From an uncultured Bacillota bacterium (GTDB lineage: Bacteria > Bacillota > Clostridia > Christensenellales > Borkfalkiaceae), in assembly GCA_949283775.1 (NCBI GenBank), contig CASDTU010000026.1:668-64667 (forward strand): a stretch of 64,000 nt of DNA. The letters are read 5' to 3'. The notes under the pieces were generated by a model. The model did no database searches. It had not been told where the DNA came from and saw only the letters and a program-made list of their open reading frames with translations. Shown piece by piece: positions 44,301-52,179 of the stretch; the stretch's first letter is position 1, and each line of letters begins with the position of its first letter. A program made the position numbers and the translations under genes.

Positions 44301-45159
44301 ATTGGAAGTCTGGTCCGGAAGCCGCGACGGTGTCACCAAAAATGCTGCCGACAGCTTTGTGATCTTTGACCTCGTAAATTACGGCGATCTGACCAGCGAA
44401 GTGTTTACCGCACTGAGCGAATCGAGACTTGAAAAACTTGCAAAAGAAGTTCTCGGCGAAGATGCGACCGTCGAAGATCTGGAAGAAGCGTACCGCGAAG
44501 ATCCCAATGCTTTCATTGAAGACAACGAACTCGTTTACTTCCATTATTCCCTCTACGACGATAAGGACTATGCTCCGTACAACGCCGATTACACGTCCGC
44601 GACCAACCCTTATGAAGGTTATACGGCGTCCACCTATTCCGACACTTTGGCTTATCTGAAGTATTCCTTCACGGATGAGTCCGGAAATCTTTGCTACGAT
44701 ACGATCGTCAATTACTCCGCTGCCGAAGTTGCCGTAACGGCAAGCTCTTCGGATGACAGCGATTCCACGGACGATACGGCTTCCGGCGATTCCGATACGA
44801 ACGTATGGCTGCTCGTTGCTTCCATCGTGCTCGCCGCAGTCCTCGTATTCACCTTGATCGCACTGGTTGTCCGTAAACTCCTCAGCAACATCAAGAAGCG
44901 CAATGTTCGCAAAGTTGCTCCCACGTACGACGGAAAACGGAAACGCTATATCCGCAAACTTCGTTTGGAAGAGTCCGAAAAGGACGACCTCGCAAACGAC
45001 GTGCTCCCCGATGAGGATGAGATTCCCGAAGAAGATCTGTATAAAGTAGACACGATCGAAACGGAGTTGCAGGAATCTGAGGAGCAGAAACCTGAACAAA
45101 GCGAAACGACGGAAAACACTTCATCCGAAGATGAATCTTCCGACAAAAAGGATGACTGA
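41359..45159 (+). CDS. Giant lipoprotein (1266 aa) with three jelly-roll/CBM-like modules, C-terminal TM helix and acidic cytoplasmic tail
   Basis: The signal peptide KKLKIATLVLTLVMLLSFCSFLFTAC has a lipobox-like FTAC (Cys32). Three modules recur with the SFSVWVKT / LISFWVKT / VTVRVKL and GWEQYTFYV / GWKKCSFYV / DWIYVRFFI patterns. The helix VWLLVASIVLAAVLVFTLIALVV is followed by RK-rich and then E/D/S-rich residues. Confidence 0.85.
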   Translation: MAKSNQTKKLKIATLVLTLVMLLSFCSFLFTACSKSNSSDDDDDSSVQKTDTQTFANADFEFFNDNSETYLIATPDSWTSSTVSNDSGISSSSSIAKSGIVDTSIDWKQFVQAFDDYEYYSSLDDDDEALEDAEYYKDIDNNYDIPGWDLAKAKKTGNDSEDTDPTTEEITAESTALNPGTHWSDASDKADLDEKNGTHVLMLHNYRSNGKTTATKYTSASITLSAGTAASFSVWVKTAGLTYNNGTSVNGNRGAFIEVSTTVGSTEKSNLVVRNIDTSDVQDNNGWEQYTFYVKASQYAATSFTVSLGLGRQTESTSANEYEYVQGYAFFDDLQYSMMTAQQFDADLATNVPDASQRTKLDLTFDNDLDKFDAQEARTKNAFSIDLNDIAPEAISFNGVTAEKTSDKRAQVVNTVDSYFGAQGLELTANEQTDLELSGFHNASDFVSGSKYNTTFLKAFENFNSLPFGGDNQKVLVLYSSLGAPYTAKMGKGYDATSASTSSISDIFTLDDESRMLISFWVKTNELQGGTGATVTLVNNDTKSTIGAVDTTTLDTVNIKDDSSTNANKDVWEDIFDGWKKCSFYVSNYTGETVSFSLEFNFGPTAIAGTSISSFVPGFAAFTGFEATILSDEQYNLKSTDSYAVDVALSAETSNASNSFDEPAYTRPDEIETDLADLRNYTGVYGNSLAVGGTENTGYNLNSNAGLISKEYADKGNYTNKEWLDIVCNSYSGYTDTLTSELWNEIFGADTTQPLLIANTVEQAYGFIANASTTLSASSYKAVTVRVKLSPGATANIYLIDTKAPEESSDKSFTNSLGFASGVSYRHDKDGNIVTKDPDADDFSNKTDILFYYNEETGLWAPTKNYTGDVFYANLANYEKDEDGNLIASDKSIIYYADDNTEESGVYYRYSDDDGKLSVKVKDFTKSDKSADDLKKATLQNSVTKENALVQTVTNPSATKVSDWIYVRFFIAIGDESKDYRLEVWSGSRDGVTKNAADSFVIFDLVNYGDLTSEVFTALSESRLEKLAKEVLGEDATVEDLEEAYREDPNAFIEDNELVYFHYSLYDDKDYAPYNADYTSATNPYEGYTASTYSDTLAYLKYSFTDESGNLCYDTIVNYSAAEVAVTASSSDDSDSTDDTASGDSDTNVWLLVASIVLAAVLVFTLIALVVRKLLSNIKKRNVRKVAPTYDGKRKRYIRKLRLEESEKDDLANDVLPDEDEIPEEDLYKVDTIETELQESEEQKPEQSETTENTSSEDESSDKKDD

Positions 45160-45175
45160 TCCTTGTAAATAAAAA

Positions 45176-45210
45176 GAAGCGGAACAAATATTTGTTCCGC
45201 TTCCTTTTTA
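45176..45210 (+). terminator. Intrinsic terminator after the 1266-aa gene
   Basis: Stem gaagcggaacaaa/tttgttccgcttc (45176-45203), followed by ctttttatttt. Confidence 0.75.
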
Positions 45211-45507
45211 TTTTATCGAAACTGTTTTGCCTTTTTATGTTATAGGCAAACCTCTTTTTTCTTAGTAAGACTGCCGATCGGCAGCATTATCCTTTTTTAT
45301 ATGCCTACCGAACTCATATAGAATACACCCGCGCAGACTCGCCTTTGAATCGTCTCAGAAAAGAATTCGAGCTTTTTATTTTTATAGAAAAACAACAAAA
45401 ATGGTCTTGATTATACAGCAACGAACAGCTTAAAACTGGCTGCAAGAATGTTTTATCTTACCGTGCGCCGGCAAAAACAGCCGCATCCGGCCGTTTTTTG
45501 AATAGTC

Positions 45508-46785
45508 TTATCTCCGGCGCAAGCCTTTCGGATAATGATTCTTTACGACGCCGTCGCTCGCTTTTCCCAAACCGACGGGAAATCTTCCAAACAGTACGCC
45601 GCACCACCCCTTTACTTCCCGGGCGCAGGAGAGCGTTTCACCTTTCAAATACCGCAGGATATCTTCCTGCGAATATTCAAGCGGCAGCGCAAAATCCTCT
45701 TTTTTCAGTCCCATCGCAAGCGAATGCGCAGGCTCAAAACGGCTGCCGAGCAAATCGCCCAATTTCCAACCTGCCCGCAAAACTTTCAGCCCGTACAGGG
45801 GAAACAGCTCCTCGGGCATCACGCATAGACTGTTTCCGAACAAGTAAAAATGGCCGCCGAGCTGTCGGTCTTTTAAAAAATCTTTCTCAAAGCCGCGGTA
45901 CAGAGACATCGCGCTCTTACCGGCATAGCTTTTGTTGCGCGGAAGATCCTTTCTTTCGCCCTCTTTTTTATGCAGCAATGCCGCAAAATGCCCTTCGCCT
46001 TCCTCTCTGTGCGGGAAAATTTTCTTTTGCTCTAAGAAGTCGTACTGCGGATTTTTTTTAAGAAAATCCGCTATTGTCCCTTCATCCTCTTCGGGAGAAA
46101 ACGTACAAGTCGAATACACCAGCTTCCCTCCGCCCGCAAGCATTTTGTTTGCCGACTCCAAAATTTTTCTCTGCCGCTGCGCGCACATCGCTACGGCTTC
46201 CGGACTCCAATTTTCGATCGCCGCTGGCTCTTTTCGAAACATCCCTTCGCCCGAACAGGGCGCATCCACTAAAATTTTATCGAAATAAGAGGGAAAAAAC
46301 TCCGACAACGCCGACGGGTCCATATTGGTAACGATCGCATTGCGTATTCCGAGCCGCTCGACGTTCTGCAATACAATTTTAGCCCGATCGGGAATTTTTT
46401 CGTTCAATACGAGTACGCCCGCTCCGCGCATTGCCTGCGCGATCTGCGTGCCTTTGCCGCCCGGCGCCGAACATAGATCCAATACTCTTTCTCCCGGCTG
46501 TACGTCCAGCAGCGGCACGGCGCACATAGCGCTCGGTTCCTGCACATAAAAAAGTCCGGCGTCATGATAGATACTTTTCCCCGGCTTGTCTTCTTCAATA
46601 TAAAATCCGTTTTCCTCCCAGCGAACGGGCTTTAATGAAAACGGTGAACACGCTTGAAACGTCTCTGCATCAATTTTCAAAGTGTTTACGCGAATCGCGC
46701 GATACGGCTGTCTTTGCAGACAATCGGCATACGCATCAAAATCCGGCAAAAGAGCGCGCATTCTGCTGAAATATTCTTCTAACAT
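45508..46785 (-). CDS. rsmF: RsmB/RsmF-family 16S rRNA m5C methyltransferase (NOL1/NOP2/Sun)
   Basis: Start trimmed to the ATG at 46783-46785 after GGAGG. DLCSAPGGKGTQIA is the SAM motif. DAPCSGEGMFRK and YSTCTFSPEE carry the catalytic Cys motifs. An RsmF-like C-terminal domain is present. Confidence 0.85.
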   Translation of the reverse strand: MLEEYFSRMRALLPDFDAYADCLQRQPYRAIRVNTLKIDAETFQACSPFSLKPVRWEENGFYIEEDKPGKSIYHDAGLFYVQEPSAMCAVPLLDVQPGERVLDLCSAPGGKGTQIAQAMRGAGVLVLNEKIPDRAKIVLQNVERLGIRNAIVTNMDPSALSEFFPSYFDKILVDAPCSGEGMFRKEPAAIENWSPEAVAMCAQRQRKILESANKMLAGGGKLVYSTCTFSPEEDEGTIADFLKKNPQYDFLEQKKIFPHREEGEGHFAALLHKKEGERKDLPRNKSYAGKSAMSLYRGFEKDFLKDRQLGGHFYLFGNSLCVMPEELFPLYGLKVLRAGWKLGDLLGSRFEPAHSLAMGLKKEDFALPLEYSQEDILRYLKGETLSCAREVKGWCGVLFGRFPVGLGKASDGVVKNHYPKGLRRR

Positions 46786-47756
46786 TCGTCCTCCACCGCA
46801 TACTTTTGACAAAATTCCGAAACCGAACAGATCTCCGCTATCTTTCCGTCTTCCTTCAATTTATAGGCGGTAGATCGCCGCACGCTGGCATCTTCCGTGT
46901 CTTCTACATATACGTTGCAGGCTGATAGTTTCATGGAGTACTTTCCGCCGCGCGAAACGAGCGCTTTCACCATTTTTTTTGCCAGCGGCAGGTTTTCTTC
47001 AATACTCCTTGAAAAACTGAACCGCTTTCCTTTCAGCTCCTGCGAAGTCGGACGCACCCGGTATCCATACACAAAATCGTTGAATTTCGCCCGCTTTTCG
47101 CCGCGTTTTCTCTTTTCGATATTCTTTTCTTTTAAATATTCGTTGCGGCGGCGCGCGGAACAGTTGTGAAACTGATATTCCTCGATTTTTCCCAAATTGA
47201 TATCGTATTTTTGCAAAAATTCCAAAAGACTGCACTGCGCCCTTTCACACATTTCCTGCGCGATCCGCATCGTCGCATACGCGTCGTCCGCCGCACAGTG
47301 CGCCGTATAATCGACTTCAAATATCTGCGTCAAAGACTCTAAACCGGCCTGTCTGTCAAACGTCTCTGTCAGAGCCATGTACAAGATCTGCGTATCCGCA
47401 AACCGAAATGAAAACGAGGGAAGCTGATATCGCTTTGTTTCCAAATTCAGATATTTTACATCGTTAATGACCGCGTGGCCGAGCACCAGCTTATCGTCGC
47501 CCTCCAACAATTCTTTGATCTGCGGATAAAAAACTTTAAAATCCGGATATTTCTTGAACTCCCGATAATCATACGGCAAAACGATGCCTTCCCCGTCTCG
47601 ATCCGTCAAATGAAATTTTCCGTTCGGATTGATAAGAATGTCCCTCTTTTCCAATATCTGAAACTTCTCGTCCGCTACGACGTATCCGAAAGCACAAATT
47701 TTGGCAGTATTTTTATAGACACAAGCACATTCAATATCAAAAAAAATAAATTTCAT
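46779..47756 (-). CDS. DEDDh 3'-5' exonuclease (DnaQ-like) with C-terminal BRCT-like domain
   Basis: Start trimmed to the ATG at 47754-47756. FFDIECA is ExoI, LVLGHAVINDVKYL is ExoII and HCAADDAYAT is ExoIII (H-x4-D). The tail LKGKRFSFS...GGKYSMKLS..NVYV......K..EDG.IAEICSVSEF fits the BRCT pattern. It overlaps the rsmF start by 7 nt. Confidence 0.75.
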   Translation of the reverse strand: MKFIFFDIECACVYKNTAKICAFGYVVADEKFQILEKRDILINPNGKFHLTDRDGEGIVLPYDYREFKKYPDFKVFYPQIKELLEGDDKLVLGHAVINDVKYLNLETKRYQLPSFSFRFADTQILYMALTETFDRQAGLESLTQIFEVDYTAHCAADDAYATMRIAQEMCERAQCSLLEFLQKYDINLGKIEEYQFHNCSARRRNEYLKEKNIEKRKRGEKRAKFNDFVYGYRVRPTSQELKGKRFSFSRSIEENLPLAKKMVKALVSRGGKYSMKLSACNVYVEDTEDASVRRSTAYKLKEDGKIAEICSVSEFCQKYAVEDEC

Positions 47757-48142
47757 ACCTTTTGCAGTCCCGCACTTTCTTTCCTTCAAATTATATCATA
47801 TGCAAAAGCGATTGTAAAGCACATATTTTAATCATCGCCGCTGTTTTTTTAACCTTTTCATCGCTCTATGCAATGCGCCCAGCCCTGTTTTTTACTGAAA
47901 AAATCTAAACGCCGCGAAGAAAAAGTATGTTTTCTCTTTTCCGCCGTCAGCCTTACTTCCTGCAATCGAGCAGGCCTCCTTTGTATTGGTTTGCTTTTCT
48001 TCGCATTTTTATACGCCGCAATTTGCGGTTTTTCTGACAGGCTTTATTTTGTCTGTGAAACAATAAAATCGCGTGCGATATCATTGCAAAATTCAGCGTT
48101 TTTTGCTACAATATTAGTTGTTGAAACAGGAGGACTTTCCCC

Positions 48143-48796
48143 ATGCTTACGATCCTCATTGCTATGCAAAAAGAGGCCGACATCCTATTAAAAGGCTCTG
48201 AAATCATAAAATCTTATTTCCTTTACGGGAAATCCGTTACAGAAGCGACCTATCAAGGCAAGCCTTACCGCCTGATCATAACGGGCGTGGGAAAGACCAA
48301 TGCGGCCGCGGCGGCTATGCTCGCCATCGCTACCGGCGCAGATATACTTCTCAATATCGGCGTTGCCGGAGGCTTGACGCCCAAAGCAAAGATCGGCGCG
48401 CTCTTGCAGATCCAGCAAGCCGTTCAATTTGATTTTGATCTGAGCCCCGTTAACCATACGCCCGTCGGAACGCTTGACGAATACCTTTCACCCTATTTTC
48501 CCCTCGCCGTCATTGGAAACTCGTTCCCCTATGCGACGCTTGCCACCGCCGATCATTTCGGGTGCGGCGGCGACGGCGAGATCTTACAAGATCTTTGCGC
48601 CGACGTCCGCGATATGGAAGGCGCCGCCATTGCACACGTCGCCTTTGCGGCAGAAATACCCTGCTTTATGTTTAAGGCGATTTCCGATAGCGCCGGCGAA
48701 GAGAGCGTTTTAGAATACAGTGAAAATTTGGCCATCGCATTAAACTCTTTGAAAACCGCCTTGCCGCAAATTTTTTCCGAGGTCTTCTATGAATAA
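48143..48796 (+). CDS. mtnN: 5'-methylthioadenosine/S-adenosylhomocysteine nucleosidase
   Basis: Contains ILIAMQKEA, ITGVGKTNAAAAA and VRDMEGAAIAHV motifs of the PNP_UDP_1 / Pfs family. Confidence 0.85.
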   Translation: MLTILIAMQKEADILLKGSEIIKSYFLYGKSVTEATYQGKPYRLIITGVGKTNAAAAAMLAIATGADILLNIGVAGGLTPKAKIGALLQIQQAVQFDFDLSPVNHTPVGTLDEYLSPYFPLAVIGNSFPYATLATADHFGCGGDGEILQDLCADVRDMEGAAIAHVAFAAEIPCFMFKAISDSAGEESVLEYSENLAIALNSLKTALPQIFSEVFYE

Positions 48797-49280
48797 AATT
48801 CCTTCTTTTCAAAAAAATCACGATCTTTTACTGCCCGGGTTTTACTTTTCGACCTATCAAAAAGGCGTTTCCACCTTCGATCTGCGCTTTAAAAAACCCA
48901 ACGCAAACGATTTTATTTCTCCCAAAGCGCTCCACAGCATTGAGCATATGCTGGCTACCGCGCTTCGAAACGGTCCCGACGCCGACAATGTCATTTATTT
49001 CGGACCCATGGGATGCCGCACGGGGTTTTATCTTCTGACCGTAAACCTGTCTTATCTGCAAGCGCTCAAAGCGGTTGCAGCGGCACTGAAAGTTTGCGAA
49101 TCCTTTAATGAAGTTCCCGGCGCCGCAAAAGCAGAGTGCGGCAATTATACCGAGCACGACCTTGCAGACGCCAAGAGAGAATGTGCCGCATATCTCGCCC
49201 TTTTAAACGGTTTATCCGAACAGGAAATCCGAAAACAACAAGAAATTGAAAACATTAAAAGGCAGGCGAATTCACTATGA
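48789..49280 (+). CDS. luxS: S-ribosylhomocysteine lyase
   Basis: Contains FDLRF, the metal motif HSIEHMLA and GCRTGFYL. There is an 8-nt overlap with mtnN. Confidence 0.9.
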   Translation: MNKIPSFQKNHDLLLPGFYFSTYQKGVSTFDLRFKKPNANDFISPKALHSIEHMLATALRNGPDADNVIYFGPMGCRTGFYLLTVNLSYLQALKAVAAALKVCESFNEVPGAAKAECGNYTEHDLADAKRECAAYLALLNGLSEQEIRKQQEIENIKRQANSL

Positions 49281-49948
49281 TACGTTTGGGCGGCGGCTGG
49301 GATGAAGTGCTTGCTTCGCTGTTTGCAAGCGAAAATTATTTGAAAATCCGCAGCTTTTTAAAAGAAGAATACTCCCGCCATATCGTGTATCCCGATATGA
49401 ACGATATCTTCAATTGTTTTAAACTGACTCCCTTTGACAAGGTGAAAGTCGTTTTATTGGGGCAGGACCCTTACCACAACGAAGGACAAGCTCACGGACT
49501 GTGCTTTTCCGTAAAAGACCCCGTTGAGCCACCCCCTTCGCTGATCAATATTTTTAAAGAACTGCACGACGATCTGGGTTGCCCGATCCCGAAATCCGGA
49601 AACCTCACCAAGTGGGCAAGAGAAGGCGTTTTGCTTTTAAATACCGCATTGACTGTTCGCGCGCACATGGCAAATTCGCATAAAAACTGCGGCTGGACTT
49701 GGTTTACGGACAGTATCATTCAACTTTTAAACGATCAAAAAGAACATCTCGTATTTATTTTATGGGGCGGAAATGCGCGTTCCAAAAAAGTCTTTATCGA
49801 TCCATCAAAACATAAAATTTTAGAGTGCGCTCACCCTTCCCCTCTTTCCGCTTACAACGGTTTTTTCGGATGCAGGCACTTCTCGAAAACCAATCAATAT
49901 TTACAGTCCTGCGGAATTTCTCCTATCGATTGGGATCTTACAAAATAA
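49277..49948 (+). CDS. ung: Uracil-DNA glycosylase (family 1)
   Basis: Contains GQDPYHNEGQAHGLCFSV (water-activating loop), LLLNTALTV and HPSPLS motifs. There is a 4-nt overlap with luxS. Confidence 0.92.
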   Translation: MIRLGGGWDEVLASLFASENYLKIRSFLKEEYSRHIVYPDMNDIFNCFKLTPFDKVKVVLLGQDPYHNEGQAHGLCFSVKDPVEPPPSLINIFKELHDDLGCPIPKSGNLTKWAREGVLLLNTALTVRAHMANSHKNCGWTWFTDSIIQLLNDQKEHLVFILWGGNARSKKVFIDPSKHKILECAHPSPLSAYNGFFGCRHFSKTNQYLQSCGISPIDWDLTK

Positions 49949-50135
49949 TTTACTCTCTTCTTCTGTCAGCACTGTTTCAAGGTCGAAACGCTTTTTAGAA
50001 GGAGCAAAAACAAGTTTTTGACATTGAAAAATTTTATATTTTTACATTCGAAAACTTGTTAAAAACAACTTCCGCACACCTTTAAAACTGAAATTTTTAT
50101 CATCGTTGCAATCTTGGATTGCAAAAGGAGACCTC

Positions 50136-51347
50136 GTGAAATATATAGTTGTTCTCGGCGACGGCATGGCCGATTATAAAATTCCTTCCTTAGGCAACAA
50201 AACGCCCTTGCAGGCAGCAAATAAGCCCATGATCGACTCTCTGGCAAAACAAGCGGAGATCGGGCTCTGCAAAACGGTCCCCGACGGCTTTAAACCCGGC
50301 AGCGACGTTGCTAATTTATCCGTAATGGGATATAACCCCGAAGACTGCTATACGGGCCGCTCTCCGCTGGAAGCCGTATCGATCGGCATTCAACTGAAAG
50401 ATACCGACGTTACGCTGCGCTGCAACCTCGTAACGCTCAGCGATGAACCCGTGTACGAGGACAAGACCATGCTCGATTACAGCGCCGGCGAAATTTCTTC
50501 CGCCGAGGCGAAAGAGCTGATCGATTACCTGAAAAAATATTTCGATTCCGATCGATTTACTTTGTACAACGGCGTAAGCTATCGGCACTGCCTGGTATCG
50601 GCCGGCGGCAAAACCGGCCACGATCTGACCCCGCCGCATGACATATCGCAAAAGCCTATCAAAAACTATCTGCCCAAAAGCCCCGATGCGGACGCATATC
50701 TTGCAATGATGAAGCGCTCCGCACAGCTTTTAAAAGATCATCCGATCAACCAGGCCCGCATTGCCGCAGGCAAGCGCCCTGCAAATTCCGTATGGTTTTG
50801 GGGAGAGGGCACAAAGCCCGCTCTAGAAAATTTTGAGACAAAATTCGGAATAAAAGGAGCCGTCATCTCTGCCGTTGACCTCGTTAAGGGCATCGGAATC
50901 CTCGCGGGAATGAAAATCATCGAAGTGCCGGGCGCAACGGGAAATTACGATACGAATTTTTCCGGCAAAGCGGAAGCGGCGCTCAATGCCCTTGAAAGCG
51001 GATACGATTATGTCTACATTCACATGGAAGCCCCCGATGAATGCGGACATCAGGGCGATATCGCCCATAAGATCTACTCTATTGAGCAAATCGATGAAAA
51101 AGTCGTCAAAAAAATCGTTACGCAGTTACGAGCAAGCGGCGAACCGTTCCGAATGCTGATCTGTCCCGATCACCCTACTCCGATCAGCGTCCGTACGCAT
51201 ACGGCCGACCCCGTTCCCTATCTGCTCTACAAGAGCGATGCAACTGTCTCCTCCGGCGCTGCGTCCTACGACGAAGACAGCGCGGCTCAAACCGGCATCT
51301 TTTTGGACAAGGGTTGGAATTTGATAAAAAAATTATTGGAAAAATAA
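50136..51347 (+). CDS. apgM: Cofactor-independent phosphoglycerate mutase, archaeal (ApgM) type
   Basis: Probable GTG start at 50136, 5 nt after AAGGAG. VKYIVVLGDGMAD is a metalloenzyme N-terminus. YVYIHMEAPDECGHQGD and ICPDHPTP are also present. Confidence 0.82.
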   Translation: MKYIVVLGDGMADYKIPSLGNKTPLQAANKPMIDSLAKQAEIGLCKTVPDGFKPGSDVANLSVMGYNPEDCYTGRSPLEAVSIGIQLKDTDVTLRCNLVTLSDEPVYEDKTMLDYSAGEISSAEAKELIDYLKKYFDSDRFTLYNGVSYRHCLVSAGGKTGHDLTPPHDISQKPIKNYLPKSPDADAYLAMMKRSAQLLKDHPINQARIAAGKRPANSVWFWGEGTKPALENFETKFGIKGAVISAVDLVKGIGILAGMKIIEVPGATGNYDTNFSGKAEAALNALESGYDYVYIHMEAPDECGHQGDIAHKIYSIEQIDEKVVKKIVTQLRASGEPFRMLICPDHPTPISVRTHTADPVPYLLYKSDATVSSGAASYDEDSAAQTGIFLDKGWNLIKKLLEK

Positions 51348-51438
51348 ATTTTCCTGCCGTATCCCAGCATTTACTCCTATGCGGATAGGAATAGCGAGAA
51401 AATAAATTTTTCCATGCCATATCCCAACATTTACTCCT
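51341..51438. repeat. 58-bp-period imperfect direct repeat (2 copies of an about 38-bp core)
   Basis: aaaataaattttcctgccgtatcccagcatttactcct is at 51341-51378 and aaaataaatttttccatgccatatcccaacatttactcct at 51399-51438. Copy 1 contains the apgM stop codon. Confidence 0.7.
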
Positions 51439-51582
51439 TTATTGGTTTAAAAACAATTGCAAACTCATTTTTACCGCATTGCCGCAATGTTTTCGGGCAA
51501 AACTGCATTGAAACAGCCCTTCCCCTTTGCTATCGAAAGGTCATCCCTTCTCTTCTGTACGCATATTTATTTCTTAATCGAA

Positions 51583-51618
51583 AACGCGCAAATCAAACGA
51601 ATAATTTGATTTGCGCGT
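51583..51618 (+). terminator. Strong hairpin with 3' U-run (terminator-like) in an ORF-less spacer
   Basis: Stem aacgcgcaaatcaaa/tttgatttgcgcgtt with a 6-nt loop, followed by ttcg. It lies about 235 nt downstream of the apgM stop. Confidence 0.5.
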
Positions 51619-51825
51619 TTTCGTGTTTACTCAATCGGCTTCCTTTTTTTAATTTTTTATCCGACGGTTTCGACTTTTATTTTTATATCCGCAAATCTTT
51701 CGTCCCGTTATATAGAATACGGCTTGATAAAAACCGTATCGATCTGGCGGATGAATACAAAAGACGGCCAAAGAGCAAAACTTTGACGATAAAATACTTT
51801 TTCCAAAATTTGACAAAAAAAAGAG

Positions 51826-51848
51826 CGCATACTGCGCTCTTTTTTTGT
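51826..51848 (-). terminator. Intrinsic terminator just after tRNA-Gly
   Basis: Stem agagcgca/tgcgctct (51824-51842), flanked by A and T runs (bidirectional form). Confidence 0.65.
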
Positions 51849-51849
51849 T

Positions 51850-51924
51850 TGGAGCGGGAGACGGGAATCGAACCCGCGGGAATCAGCTTGGGAAGCTGAC
51901 GCCATACCATTAGGCGACTCCCGC
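51850..51924 (-). tRNA. tRNA-Gly (anticodon CCC), CCA encoded
   Basis: The minus strand reads GCGGGAGTCGCCTAATGGTATGGCGTCAGCTTCCCAAGCTGATTCCCGCGGGTTCGATTCCCGTCTCCCGCTCCA. It folds as a cloverleaf: 7-bp acceptor, anticodon stem TCAGC/GCTGA with loop TTCCCAA, and T arm GCGGG-TTCGATT-CCCGT. Confidence 0.93.
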
Positions 51925-52091
51925 ATCAGAACGATAGTATTATACAACACAAAGAGAAAAAAAGCAAGCAATTCTCACCTTTTGCCGTATGATTTTTTAG
52001 CTTTTGCGCTCAAAGCGAAATGCATCCGCAACCGCTACAATAGGAACAAAGCCCCTGAAATAATTTTTTTGCCTCTTGCCGCACCTTTCAA

Positions 52092-52129
52092 AAAAATACG
52101 GAGCTCGGCTTTTACTTTGCCAAGCTCCG
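52092..52129 (-). terminator. Intrinsic terminator downstream of the PrsA-like gene
   Basis: Stem cggagct(c)gg/cc(a)agctccg (52099-52129). On the minus strand it is followed by tattttttt. Confidence 0.6.
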
Positions 52130-52179
52130 CACATTTATTCTGCTAAAATATAACTGACGTTTCTTTCTGCCGCTACCGT

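Noticed and set aside
43807-45099. 430-aa ORF antisense to the 3' part of the 1266-aa gene
   Set aside because: The reasons are the same as for 41320-42681: an antisense shadow ORF with no start context and an implausible sequence.
45204-45507. Possible small gene or sRNA in the 300-bp spacer after the 1266-aa gene. It includes the palindrome ctgccgatcggcag and the hairpin tttgcct…aggcaaa.
   Set aside because: There is no ORF with an RBS. The hairpins look like additional plus-strand terminators. The evidence is insufficient for an RNA gene call.
51414-51899. 161-aa plus-strand ORF
   Set aside because: It runs across a strong hairpin, a terminator and the antisense of tRNA-Gly. It has no RBS and its composition is not protein-like.
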